A DNA stretch of 64,000 nt, from positions 55,594 through 119,593 of the forward strand of contig CAJQPC010000071.1 of the NCBI GenBank assembly GCA_905480105.1, read 5' to 3'. A program made the position numbers and the translations under genes. The notes beneath the pieces were generated by a model. It did not search any database and was not told the DNA's origin. It saw nothing but the letters and a program-made list of their open reading frames with translations. Shown here piece after piece: positions 31,291 to 40,617 of this stretch; position 1 is the first letter of the stretch; every line of letters starts with the position of its first letter. The stretch comes from an uncultured bacterium. GTDB lineage: Bacteria; Myxococcota_A; UBA796; CAJQPC01.

Positions 31291-32768
31291 AGAACCGCTT
31301 CCTGGCCTTGGGATTGCTGACGGTCGCCTTTGGCACCGGGGCGGCGCTGGCTCAGGAAGGCGTGATCGAAGAGGTCCTAAACGGCGGCTTGCTCCAGGAC
31401 AGCGGGACTGGAGACACCGAGCTTAAAGACAGTGATTTCCCAGACAGTGGTTTCCCGGACAGTGGTTCTCCAGACACCGGGGACACCGGGGACACCGGCT
31501 TTCCGGAGGAAGCTCCATGCTCACAGCTGGGCCCCTTTGTTGGGGATCTGGTGTTCTCGAGCACCGAGGCGATGGAGTCCTGGGCCCTGGACTACAACGC
31601 GGTCAAGGGCAACCTGCGCTTGGTCGGTTTGGGGGTGCAGGACCTGAGCGCCTTGAGCTGCCTGGAGTCGGTGAGTGGAAACCTGGAACTGATTCGCCTG
31701 GACGCGGTGAGCGACCTGAGCGGGCTCAGCCAACTGCAGAGTGTAGGCGGCAATCTGCGGGTGGTGAACAACGACGCCCTGCGCAGCCTGAGCGGCTTGA
31801 ACCAGGTCGCTGAACTCAGGCAGATCGACATCGAAGGCAACGGGGCCCTGCTGTCTCTGGCCGGTCTGGAAGGCTTGCACAGCGCCACCGGTCTTCAGGT
31901 GACCGGCAACACCAGCCTGCTGAGCTTGGCAGGAGTGGAGGGGATCTCCGCGCTACCCGATGGGCTTCACATCACCAACAACCCCAGCTTGGGCGAGCCC
32001 GCCGGACTGAGCGGACTGCAGAGCACCAGCGCCCTGGTGATTCAAGACAACGCCGGGCTGCGGACTCTCCGCGGTCTGGACGCGCTGCGCGCGGTGGACG
32101 GCGAGTGGGTGCTGATGGGCAATCCCCGGGTGGTCAGCTTGGCCGGACTGGGGTCCCTGGTGAGCGTGAGCGGCAACGTCATTCTCCGCGACAACGCCCT
32201 GAGCTCCCTGACGGGCGCCGAGCAGCTGACCCGAGTGGATGGGGAGCTTCGGGTGCAGGGGGAGAACCGCCTGCGCAACCTGACGGGTCTCTCCAGCCTG
32301 ACCCGTGTGGGCGCGCTGGTTCTACAAGACAACACCAAGCTGCTCAGCGCAGGTGGGGTGAGGGAGCTGCTCTATGCGGAGCGCTTGGAAATCTTGGCCA
32401 ACCCAGCCCTGATCGACATCGGCCTGGAGGGCTTGGTCCGGGTAGGCTCGCTGAAGGTGACTGGGAACAAGAAGCTGAGCAACTTGGCAGGCCTGGAGCA
32501 CTTGGCGTGGGTGGACCAAGCCTTGACCATCCGAGACAACGAGCGCCTGATCTCCTTGCGAGGTCTGGAGGGTCTGGTTCAAGTAGGCGGCACCCTGAGT
32601 GTCGTCGGCAACCCGGCCCTGAGCAGCGTGATGAACGTCGACACGGTCCGGCGCCTTGGCGGCCTGGAGATCCTGGCCAATGAGACCCTGCCCAAGGGGG
32701 CCACGGGCAGCCTGGTGATCAGCATTGGGCCAGGGAACATCGGTGGGGTTGTGCAGGTTCAGCAGTGA
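31287..32768 (+). CDS. secreted leucine-rich-repeat/receptor L-domain-like protein
   Basis: Signal MKNRFLALGLLTVAFGTGAALA; repeated L..L..V.G.L.V..N..L.SL.GL...; ATGA overlap with the upstream gene. Confidence 0.75.
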   Translation: MKNRFLALGLLTVAFGTGAALAQEGVIEEVLNGGLLQDSGTGDTELKDSDFPDSGFPDSGSPDTGDTGDTGFPEEAPCSQLGPFVGDLVFSSTEAMESWALDYNAVKGNLRLVGLGVQDLSALSCLESVSGNLELIRLDAVSDLSGLSQLQSVGGNLRVVNNDALRSLSGLNQVAELRQIDIEGNGALLSLAGLEGLHSATGLQVTGNTSLLSLAGVEGISALPDGLHITNNPSLGEPAGLSGLQSTSALVIQDNAGLRTLRGLDALRAVDGEWVLMGNPRVVSLAGLGSLVSVSGNVILRDNALSSLTGAEQLTRVDGELRVQGENRLRNLTGLSSLTRVGALVLQDNTKLLSAGGVRELLYAERLEILANPALIDIGLEGLVRVGSLKVTGNKKLSNLAGLEHLAWVDQALTIRDNERLISLRGLEGLVQVGGTLSVVGNPALSSVMNVDTVRRLGGLEILANETLPKGATGSLVISIGPGNIGGVVQVQQ

Positions 32769-33186
32769 ACCGGCCCCAGACTTGGAGCGAGTGGGTCTTG
32801 ATCAGCGGAACCAGGGGGACTTGAGCCGCTCCAGCTTGAGCATCCCGTCTGCGGCATTACCAGAGAAGAGAGCCGCTCGGCGAGCGCATTTATTTCTCCT
32901 GCCTTGCCACAGAGACCCCCTCGGTCAGACAAGATGATCCGTGCAACCACAAGCAACGTATCTTCCGGGTCTGCCTGATCAAGGGTGTACCCCACGCGAC
33001 CCCCCCCTCGCCCCGGTCGTACACGAAGCAACACCGGGTGATTGGGGCTCTATTTTCCAAGCTTTCAGTGGGTTCTGAAAAGATGGAAGTGCAAGGCGCG
33101 GCGAGACTTTAGACCTGACGGACGTCGACACCAGCGATGCTTTGCGCTACCGTCTGCCGCCTTTTGAGCACCAGACTGGAGCGCCC

Positions 33187-34893
33187 GTGGCGACCGATAC
33201 GAACAATTCTCAGGAACAGGTCAAGCAGCTCGGGCTGTTCGCGGCCATTGGTTCCCTCTCCTACGTTTTTTGGATCGTGGGCGGCATGGAGATGGTCGAG
33301 CGCCTGGCCTTCTACGGCGTAAAGGCCGTGGTCGGACTCTACGCCAAGGACCCTGTGTCCAAGGGCGGCCTGGGCATCAACATGTCCCAGTACGGCAACC
33401 TGCTGTTCATCTGGGCGCTGGTGCAGTCCATCCTGCCGGTCTTCACCGGCGGTATCTCAGACCGCTTCGGCTACAAGCAGACCATCGCGGCGTCCACGGT
33501 CATCAAGATCATTGGCTACTTGGTGATGTTCGCGTTCGCCAGCTACGGCGGCTTCTTCGCCGGCGCCATCCTGCTGGCAGTGGGCACCGCAGTGTTCAAG
33601 CCCGGCATCCAGGGCACCCTGGTCAAGGCCACCAAACCTGAGAACTCCTCGGTGGCTTGGGGCATCTTCTACCAGACCGTCAACATCGGCGGTTTCATGG
33701 GCCCGCTGCTCGCTGGCTACATGCGCAAGATGGACTGGAAGTGGGTCTTCCTCTCCTGTGCAGGAATCATCGCCCTCAACTTCATCTTCTTGCTCATGTA
33801 CAAGGAGCCAGGAAAGGCCGAGCGCGAGGCCGAGTTGGCCGAGAAGAAGGCCGCAGGCATCGAAGAGAACCTCTTCACAGACAGCCTCAAGGAGCTTGCC
33901 AAGCCCCACCTCTGGTCCTTCCTGCTGCTGCTCTCCGGCTTTTGGTTCATGTTCAACGCGCTCTTTGACGTGCTGCCCATCTACATTGAAGAGTGGGTCT
34001 GGACCGGTGACATCGTCACCAGCTTGTTCGGCGAAGGCGGCTCCGACAACGCCGTCGTGAACTTCTTCATCGTCACCAACCAGTACGGCACCCAGATCCA
34101 GCCAGAAGGCATGCTCAACGTCAACGCGATGCTGATCATGCTGAGCTGCTTCTTCTTTGGTTGGCTGAGCGGTTTGGTCCGTCCGACCACCTCCATGGTC
34201 ATCGGCGCCCTGGCCGCCACCGGTGCGATCTTCATGATCGGCCACACCACGGCTGGATGGATGTGTTTGGGTGGTATTGCCTTCTTTAGCATCGGCGAGA
34301 TGCTCTCCTCTCCCAAGACGGGCGAGTTCATCGGAAACATCGCGCCTCCGTCCAAAAAAGCGATGTACCTGGGTTTCTCTCAGATTCCCTTGGCGATCGG
34401 CTGGACGCTGGAAGGCAAGCTGGGCCCGGAGCTCTACGGCTACTTCGCCTCGAAAGAGAAGTTCTCACGCGAAGTCTTGGGTGCCGACGGCATGGCCATG
34501 ACCGCCATCGAAGCCATCCCCGAGGGGGCAGCCTTTGACACCTTGGTGCACAACCGCATTGGCGATTTGGCACTCACGGAGCTCCCAGGAATGACCGCAG
34601 AGGCGGCCTCTAAGCTCAGCGCTGCAGGAATCACTCCCTGGCAACTGCACGATGCCTCCCCCAAGGACATCGCCGCGGCGGGCTTGGACGAGCAGCTCGC
34701 AACGGACATCTTGGCAACGGCCGGGATGCACCTGGAAACGCTCTTCAACGCGACGGCCAACCCCCTCACTGCCGAGCTCTACGCCTCCCATAGCGTCTCG
34801 ATGGTCTGGGACATCATGGGGGTCATCGGCGTGATTAGCGCCATCCTCATCGCGATTTACGGCAAGTGGATCCAGGGCCGCGACCTGTCTTAG
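33187..34893 (+). CDS. POT/PTR-family proton-dependent peptide transporter (MFS)
   Basis: GGMEMVERLAFYGVKAVVGLYA; GGISDRFGYKQTI; AVGTAVFKPGIQGTLVK; VNIGGFMGPLLAGYMR; FFSIGEMLSSPKTGEF. GTG start at 33187 inferred. Confidence 0.85.
   Translation: MATDTNNSQEQVKQLGLFAAIGSLSYVFWIVGGMEMVERLAFYGVKAVVGLYAKDPVSKGGLGINMSQYGNLLFIWALVQSILPVFTGGISDRFGYKQTIAASTVIKIIGYLVMFAFASYGGFFAGAILLAVGTAVFKPGIQGTLVKATKPENSSVAWGIFYQTVNIGGFMGPLLAGYMRKMDWKWVFLSCAGIIALNFIFLLMYKEPGKAEREAELAEKKAAGIEENLFTDSLKELAKPHLWSFLLLLSGFWFMFNALFDVLPIYIEEWVWTGDIVTSLFGEGGSDNAVVNFFIVTNQYGTQIQPEGMLNVNAMLIMLSCFFFGWLSGLVRPTTSMVIGALAATGAIFMIGHTTAGWMCLGGIAFFSIGEMLSSPKTGEFIGNIAPPSKKAMYLGFSQIPLAIGWTLEGKLGPELYGYFASKEKFSREVLGADGMAMTAIEAIPEGAAFDTLVHNRIGDLALTELPGMTAEAASKLSAAGITPWQLHDASPKDIAAAGLDEQLATDILATAGMHLETLFNATANPLTAELYASHSVSMVWDIMGVIGVISAILIAIYGKWIQGRDLS
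34573..34725 (+). other. helix-hairpin-helix-like domain inserted in the POT transporter
   Basis: Encoded LALTELPGMTAEAASKLSAAGITPWQLHDASPKDIAAAGLDEQLATDILATA resembles NusA-C/HhH-type repeats. Confidence 0.4.
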
Positions 34894-34931
34894 AATTTGG
34901 GCATCGGCCCAAGCGCCGAGCAGCTCCTGAT

Positions 34932-34972
34932 GAACGCGCCCAAGCGGGCCCAATCGCCGCTTGGGCGCGTTC
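34932..34972 (+). terminator. strong hairpin (terminator-like) downstream of the transporter gene
   Basis: GAACGCGCCCAAGCG - 11-nt loop - CGCTTGGGCGCGTTC, 15-bp perfect stem followed by a T/C-rich tract. Confidence 0.65.
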
Positions 34973-35036
34973 TGCGTTTGGCGTCTTCTTCCTCCCAACC
35001 CCCAAAGCCAACAACACACCAGCGTAGACTACGTCC

Positions 35037-36029
35037 ATGTCCGAGGACCTTACCCAGCTCCAGCTCCAAGAAACGCGCCGGGCGCTGAGCCTGTGTACCG
35101 GCGAACGGGACCGGGCCCGCGAGGAAGCCCGCCAACTTCGAGCCCAACTGCGCTCCTTGCGGGCGGAACTTCAGGCCGTACGTCCGGTGGAACAGAGCGA
35201 GCTCCTGGCCGCCCAGGACGCACTTCGCCAGGCCCAAGCCCAAACCCTAGCCGCACAAGCCCTGCAGCTCGAAGCGGAGGCGGAACGAGAGGGTGCCCAG
35301 ACCCGCGCGACCCGGGCCGAGACCCAGACCCAGCAGGCGCGGCTGGAATCGGACATGAGCCTGGAGCGCGTGATCGAGCTCCGCGAGGAGTTGACCCGCC
35401 TGCGTTCCAATCGGGCCATCGACCAGGCCGCCGTCTCGCTGCTGCGAGCGCAGCTGGACGCCGTACGCACCGAGGTGCAAGCTCCCAGTATGCCCCCAAC
35501 CGATTTGGAACAGTCTAAGGCTCCCCAACCGGAAGAACGGACCCAGGTCGTAGAAGAAGCCGTCCAGGAACCAGAGGGGAAGAGTCCGCACGCGCTCATT
35601 CAAGCAGTACCCCAGGCCACCCAAACGGAGCCCAACCCCACCTTTGACCTGCCCGAAGGCGCCATCTGGGAGTTCGAGGGCGTAGCGGAGCCCGAGCAAT
35701 TCATGCACCTATGCCTTGAGCTCTGTGGACGGGCAGCCGGGGACTACCTGCGCATCGGCTATTTCAAGGGCACCCGGAAGAAACGAGCGTGGAGGCTGGT
35801 GGTGATGTCCGGTCCCCAGGACAGCGTGCGCGACTTTTTGCTCGCCCTAAATCGAGAGCACATGCGCCTGATGTCCGCCACAGGCCTACCCCTGGTGCGT
35901 ATCCAGCCCACCCGCTGGTCCACCAATGTCTTGAACGCCAAAAAAGAAGAGGTGTCCCCGGCTCGCTACGCTCGGCTGCAGAGCTGGGTGGTCGACGGGA
36001 CCCTACAGCAACAGGAAGGCGGCCAGTGA
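35037..36029 (+). CDS. coiled-coil hypothetical protein
   Basis: Extensive heptad-like E/R/A/L sequence 5-100; GTGA overlap with the next gene. Confidence 0.6.
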   Translation: MSEDLTQLQLQETRRALSLCTGERDRAREEARQLRAQLRSLRAELQAVRPVEQSELLAAQDALRQAQAQTLAAQALQLEAEAEREGAQTRATRAETQTQQARLESDMSLERVIELREELTRLRSNRAIDQAAVSLLRAQLDAVRTEVQAPSMPPTDLEQSKAPQPEERTQVVEEAVQEPEGKSPHALIQAVPQATQTEPNPTFDLPEGAIWEFEGVAEPEQFMHLCLELCGRAAGDYLRIGYFKGTRKKRAWRLVVMSGPQDSVRDFLLALNREHMRLMSATGLPLVRIQPTRWSTNVLNAKKEEVSPARYARLQSWVVDGTLQQQEGGQ

Positions 36030-37504
36030 GCTTGGTCAACGCAATGCGTGCGCGCTGGGATCCCCAGGCGCCTGCACTGGCTTGGATCGGCGACTGGACC
36101 CAGGCTGTCCTGCAAGTCCCACACGCTTGGCACTACGCCGAGCTCGCCGCGCAGGTGGACCAGGCCAGGGGCTGGATCAAGCAGAGGGGTCTGGGCAGCG
36201 GAGACACCCTGGCCCTGCAGCTACCCAGGCATCCCGCCCTGCTCACCCTGACCCTGGCCGCCTTGAGCGAGGGGATCGTGGTTCTGCCGCTGAACCCGGC
36301 CTACACCCCACGAGAGCTGCGCTTTGCCCTGCGAGACTCCGGTGCCACGCGCGCGGTTCTACTCCAGGAGAGCGTCCAGTCCCTGAAACTGGATCCACCC
36401 TGCCCACTGGAGCCCGCCAGCACCCTGGCCATGTCCCTAAAGTCCGCGCCACCGACCAAGACCCCCTCCCCCGATCAACCCGCAGACACCCCCGCCTTGC
36501 TGCTCTACACCAGCGGCACCACGGGCCAACCCAAGGGCGCACTGTCCTCGCACGGGAACCTAAGGGCCAGCATTGAAGCGCTGCATCAGGCCTGGGCTTG
36601 GGCGCCCAATGACGTGCAGCTCCACGCCCTTCCCCTTTTCCACGTACACGGCCTAATCGTCGCCCAGCTGGTCGCTCTGTGGGCCGGGGCTCAGACTCTG
36701 TGGCTGCCCAAGTTCAACGCCGACGCCGTCTGGCACGCCATCCCCAAGCACGGGGTCACCATCTTTATGGGCGTGCCCACCTTCCACCACCGCCTGCTCC
36801 AGTCCGAGCTACGGCCGGACCTGAGCACCATGCGGTTGTTTACGAGTGGATCTGCGCCCCTTCCAGCCACGGTGCACGCCGCCTTTGAGCAGCGCACTGG
36901 GCTGCGCATCTTGGAACGCTACGGCATGTCCGAGGTCGGTATTGTGCTCTCCAACCCCTACGACGGAGAGCGCCGGGCAGGCACCGTCGGCCAGCCCCTG
37001 CCCGGCATCCAAGCCAAGATCACAGACCTGGAGACCGGCGCGGACTTGGCTCCCGAGCAGATCGGCGAGGTCCGTATTGCCGGAGCCAGCGTGATGCTGG
37101 GCTACCTGGGCTTGCCCAAGCAGACCCAAGCCGCCATCGGCGACGGATGGATGCACACCGGTGATCTGGGAAAGGTCAGCCAAGACGGCTACTTTTCCAT
37201 CGTTGGCCGGGCGGGTGACATGATCATCTCCGGGGGTCTGAACGTCTACCCGAGAGAAGTCGAGAGCGTGCTTTTGGAGCACCCCAATGTGCACGAAGTG
37301 GCCATCGTCGGCGTGCCCCATGCCGAGTGGGGCGAGCAGGTGGTGGGGTTCTTCGTAGGGAAAGCAGATCCGGCAGCGCTCGTGGTCTGGGCCCGAGAGC
37401 AGCTGGCCGGGTTCAAGTGTCCGAAGGAGCTTCGCGCAGTAAAAACCTTGCCGCGCAACGCGATGGGCAAAGTGCAGAAAGGCGTGATTCGAAGCGCGTG
37501 GTGA
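36026..37504 (+). CDS. AMP-dependent acyl-CoA synthetase/ligase
   Basis: LLLYTSGTTGQPKGALSSHGN; ERYGMSEVG; GWMHTGDLGKVSQDGYFSIVGR; LPRNAMGKVQK. Confidence 0.92.
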   Translation: MSLVNAMRARWDPQAPALAWIGDWTQAVLQVPHAWHYAELAAQVDQARGWIKQRGLGSGDTLALQLPRHPALLTLTLAALSEGIVVLPLNPAYTPRELRFALRDSGATRAVLLQESVQSLKLDPPCPLEPASTLAMSLKSAPPTKTPSPDQPADTPALLLYTSGTTGQPKGALSSHGNLRASIEALHQAWAWAPNDVQLHALPLFHVHGLIVAQLVALWAGAQTLWLPKFNADAVWHAIPKHGVTIFMGVPTFHHRLLQSELRPDLSTMRLFTSGSAPLPATVHAAFEQRTGLRILERYGMSEVGIVLSNPYDGERRAGTVGQPLPGIQAKITDLETGADLAPEQIGEVRIAGASVMLGYLGLPKQTQAAIGDGWMHTGDLGKVSQDGYFSIVGRAGDMIISGGLNVYPREVESVLLEHPNVHEVAIVGVPHAEWGEQVVGFFVGKADPAALVVWAREQLAGFKCPKELRAVKTLPRNAMGKVQKGVIRSAW

Positions 37505-37576
37505 GACGCGTGCGGGGAGGCGTGGGTGACCCAGCGCTGCGCATGCACAATCGCATCACGCCTTCCCCCAAAGGAC

Positions 37577-38137
37577 TCAATCAGACACGGATTTCAGAAG
37601 GATGCGTGCTTGGGCCCCAGGGCTCGCCGCTCGCCAAACCCCTCCCAGCACAGCCACCCCATGCACGCCGGCTGCGCGCAACGCCGCCGCTCGCTCCGGG
37701 GTGATCCCGCCCAAAGCCAACACCGGGCCAAGCGCTCTTTGTGCCTGTGCCAAGCGCTCCACCCCCCATGTCTGTCGCAGGTCATCGGGCTTGGAGTGCG
37801 GTCTGAATGCCGGAGACAGAAAGACGAACTCTGCCCCCAGCTCAAAGGCCCGCCGACCCTGGGCAACGCTGTGACAGGACTGGGAGAAGGGCAGCCCCTG
37901 CGGCACCGCATCCCCGGTCGAGGCGAAGTGAACCCCCAATCCGAAGCGCCGGGCCAATTCCACCGCCCCAGGTGTTTTCAGGTGCAGACGCACCCGAGCG
38001 CCGGCTTGCATCAACGCACCCAGCCAGACCTGGACTGTGAACAAATCCAAGTCCGGCTCCCGGATCAGCACATCCCGAACACCGGCCTGAACGACGGCCA
38101 GCAGAGGATCCAGCTCCCCCCCGCTCAGAACAAGCAA
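37577..38137 (-). CDS. thiE: thiamine-phosphate synthase-like protein
   Basis: LIREPDL, VHFASTGDAV, VFLSPAFRPHSKPD, LGGITPERAAALRAAGVHGVAVLGGVW. Confidence 0.75.
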   Translation of the reverse strand: MLVLSGGELDPLLAVVQAGVRDVLIREPDLDLFTVQVWLGALMQAGARVRLHLKTPGAVELARRFGLGVHFASTGDAVPQGLPFSQSCHSVAQGRRAFELGAEFVFLSPAFRPHSKPDDLRQTWGVERLAQAQRALGPVLALGGITPERAAALRAAGVHGVAVLGGVWRAASPGAQARILLKSVSD

Positions 38138-38160
38138 ACGGGGAACCCGGCTTGGGCCGC

Positions 38161-39003
38161 TCAGCGGATCAGTCCATCTTCCGGAGAGCTCGCCGAGGCA
38201 TAGAGCTTCCGGGGAATGCGACCGGCCCCAGCCGCCAAGTACCCCGCACGAACGGCCAGCTTGAAAGCCTGTGCCATTGCGACAGGATTTTCAGCCGACG
38301 CCACCGCGGTGTTCAGCAACACTGCGTCCGCTCCAAGCTCCATGGCGATGGCCGCATCCGACGCCGTTCCAATGCCTGCGTCCACAATCATCGGGCAGTT
38401 CACCAGCTCTCGGATGATGCGCAGGTTCTCCGGATTGCGCACGCCCAGACCCGACCCGATCGGAGACGCAAGGGGCATGACCGCTGCACAGCCTAAATCC
38501 TCTAATCGCTGGCAGAGCACAGGGTCCGCCTGAACATAGGGCAAGACCACAAAGCCCTCTTTGACCAAAACGCGGGCCGCTTCAAGGGTGCCTTCGGGGT
38601 CTGGGAACAAGGTCCGGGGACAGCCGATAACTTCGAGCTTGAGCAAGGGGGTACCCAGGAGCTCTCGCGCCAAACGCGCGGTGACGATTGCCTCTTCTGC
38701 GGTGTAGCAGCCGGCGGTGTTCGGAAGCAGGTGGACCGTCTCCCGGTCGATAAAGTCCATGATGGACTCCCCTTCACCAGCGTTCAGGTCCACTCTTCTG
38801 ATCGCCAACGTGACCAGCTGGGTTTCGCCGGCCTGGTGGCAGGCCTGCATGACGGGAAAGCTCGGGTACTTGCCGGTACCCAGGATCAGACGCTGTGACA
38901 GTTCCAGCTCGCCGAGTTTCAGCACGCAACCCTCCGGGGCTCCCTCACTAACCGATGCCTTGACAGGGCGGACCCGACCGATAGAGGTTCCGCGCCAAAG
39001 CAC
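38161..39003 (-). CDS. thiG: thiazole synthase
   Basis: [12 protein letters not shown]; [36 protein letters not shown]; [33 protein letters not shown]-type motifs. True start may be a GTG near 38925. Confidence 0.92.
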   Translation of the reverse strand: MLWRGTSIGRVRPVKASVSEGAPEGCVLKLGELELSQRLILGTGKYPSFPVMQACHQAGETQLVTLAIRRVDLNAGEGESIMDFIDRETVHLLPNTAGCYTAEEAIVTARLARELLGTPLLKLEVIGCPRTLFPDPEGTLEAARVLVKEGFVVLPYVQADPVLCQRLEDLGCAAVMPLASPIGSGLGVRNPENLRIIRELVNCPMIVDAGIGTASDAAIAMELGADAVLLNTAVASAENPVAMAQAFKLAVRAGYLAAGAGRIPRKLYASASSPEDGLIR

Positions 39004-39023
39004 TCTTGTACACGGATACCCCC

Positions 39024-39497
39024 ATGCTGAATCGCATCATGCGTCGCCTCGACCAGGCCCTGCCCGCAACAACCGTCCACGCTCACTGTGATGGCCCCTG
39101 TGGTGTTTACGACCCCGCAAGCGCACGCATCGCAGCCGAGGCTGTGCTCTCCATGACCAAGAAGCTGCTGGCACTGGAAGTCCCCGACTCCAGCGACAAG
39201 GCTGCCGTGGTCAAGTACCACAACACTTTCGCCCGCTTCGTGGCCATCAAAGAAGAGCAGGCCACCGCCGCCAAGAAGGAGATCCTCATCCTTTGGACGG
39301 ACTACTTCAAGCCACACCACCTGGAAGCGCACCCCGAGATCCACGATCTGATCTGGAAGGCCACCAAGGAGATCTCCTACGCCAAGGTCGAGTGCAGCCT
39401 GCACCACTCTGAGAACGTGATGAACTACGTCAAGCAGATCCACGAGCTCTTCTGGAAGACCAAGAACCGCGACATCGCCTGGTACACCGCCAGCTGA
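39024..39497 (+). CDS. sodN: nickel-containing superoxide dismutase
   Basis: Ni-hook motif [24 protein letters not shown] after a short propeptide. ATG at 39024 preferred, ORF opens at 39006. Confidence 0.93.
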   Translation: MLNRIMRRLDQALPATTVHAHCDGPCGVYDPASARIAAEAVLSMTKKLLALEVPDSSDKAAVVKYHNTFARFVAIKEEQATAAKKEILILWTDYFKPHHLEAHPEIHDLIWKATKEISYAKVECSLHHSENVMNYVKQIHELFWKTKNRDIAWYTAS

Positions 39498-39510
39498 GTC
39501 AGGTTCCTCG

Positions 39511-39855
39511 GTGAACCATCCCAAGGTGCCGACTCGCGAGGGTCGGCACTTTGTGCTTTGGCTCCTCAGGCGCCTGAAGCGAGTGCGCGTCCAGGGTTCT
39601 TCTATGGAGCCCACACTGCAAGCTGGCCAGACCGTGCTCATGGAAGCTTGGCGGCGCGTGCCACAGCCTGGTGATCTGGCAGTAGCCGAGCATCCAGGCC
39701 GCCCCGGCTTTTTGCTGATCAAGCGAGTGAGTCACCAAGTTCCCGGTGGTTGGATCCTACTTGGAGACAACCCCACCCAGAGCAGCGACAGCCGCAGCCT
39801 GGGCCCCTTCCCAAACGAGCGGCTGATCGGCCGCGTGGTGTGCACCTTCCTGTGA
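39511..39855 (+). CDS. sodX: Ni-SOD maturation protease (S26 signal peptidase-like)
   Basis: VQGSSMEPTLQAGQTVLMEAW; GWILLGDNPTQSSDSRSLGPFPNERLIGRV; adjacent to sodN. Confidence 0.88.
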   Translation: MNHPKVPTREGRHFVLWLLRRLKRVRVQGSSMEPTLQAGQTVLMEAWRRVPQPGDLAVAEHPGRPGFLLIKRVSHQVPGGWILLGDNPTQSSDSRSLGPFPNERLIGRVVCTFL

Positions 39856-39865
39856 ACGGCACCCG

Positions 39866-40537
39866 ATGACCATGGCCCTCTTAGATCCCGCTCGGGCGCC
39901 TCTGCTGGCTGCCGCGCTCTCCGTGGCTCTCCTGCACACGGTGGTTGGTGTGGACCACTACCTTCCCTTCGTCGTCCTGGGTCGTGCCAGGAAGTGGTCT
40001 CTGGCCAAGGTGCTGGGGATCACCGCTGCTTGCGGTACCGGACACGTGATCGGCAGCATCGGACTCGGCTTTGTCGGCATCGCTTTGGGGACGGCCTTGG
40101 GGATGATGGAGTGGATCGAGTCCGTTCGCGGCTCGCTGGCGGCCTGGGGATTGATCCTCTTTGGGCTCGGCTACATGGCTTGGTCCGCAAAAAGGCTCTG
40201 CCAAGCTACCGAACACGGCCTTGGCGAGGGCCATGACCAGGGCAGCAAAGCTGGATCCTTGAGCTTCTGGAGCCTCTTCGTGGTTTTTGCACTGGGCCCC
40301 TGTGAGCCCTTGATTCCAGTGCTCATGGTGCCTGCATTTGATCAAGACTGGTGGCTGGTGGCGCAGGTGGCTGGACTCTTCGCCGTGAGCACCATCGGCA
40401 CAATGCTCATCATGGCCACCCTCGGCACCCTCGGTTTGCGGCTCGCCCCCCTCAAATCCGTTGAGCGCTACGGCAATCTAGCGGCCGGATTTGCCATCTT
40501 GCTAAGCGGCTTGGCGATCCAGTTCCTCGGAATCTGA
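39866..40537 (+). CDS. polytopic membrane protein, UreH/NicO-like metal transporter candidate
   Basis: LLHTVVGVDHYLPFVVLGRARKW; CGTGHVIGSIGLGFVG; FALGPCEPLIPVL; adjacency to sodN-sodX. Confidence 0.6.
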   Translation: MTMALLDPARAPLLAAALSVALLHTVVGVDHYLPFVVLGRARKWSLAKVLGITAACGTGHVIGSIGLGFVGIALGTALGMMEWIESVRGSLAAWGLILFGLGYMAWSAKRLCQATEHGLGEGHDQGSKAGSLSFWSLFVVFALGPCEPLIPVLMVPAFDQDWWLVAQVAGLFAVSTIGTMLIMATLGTLGLRLAPLKSVERYGNLAAGFAILLSGLAIQFLGI

Positions 40538-40617
40538 CACCGCATTGAGAGGGGCCTTCCAGCGCCTTGCCGGGTTAGGGCCGCATTACTTACACTTACC
40601 TATTCTTGGAGACCCAA

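Noticed and set aside
32769-33186. Roughly 420-bp gap between the L-domain gene and the transporter considered as a second ncRNA
   Set aside because: No strong hairpins, terminator or promoter-like architecture found; probably an ordinary leader/intergenic region.
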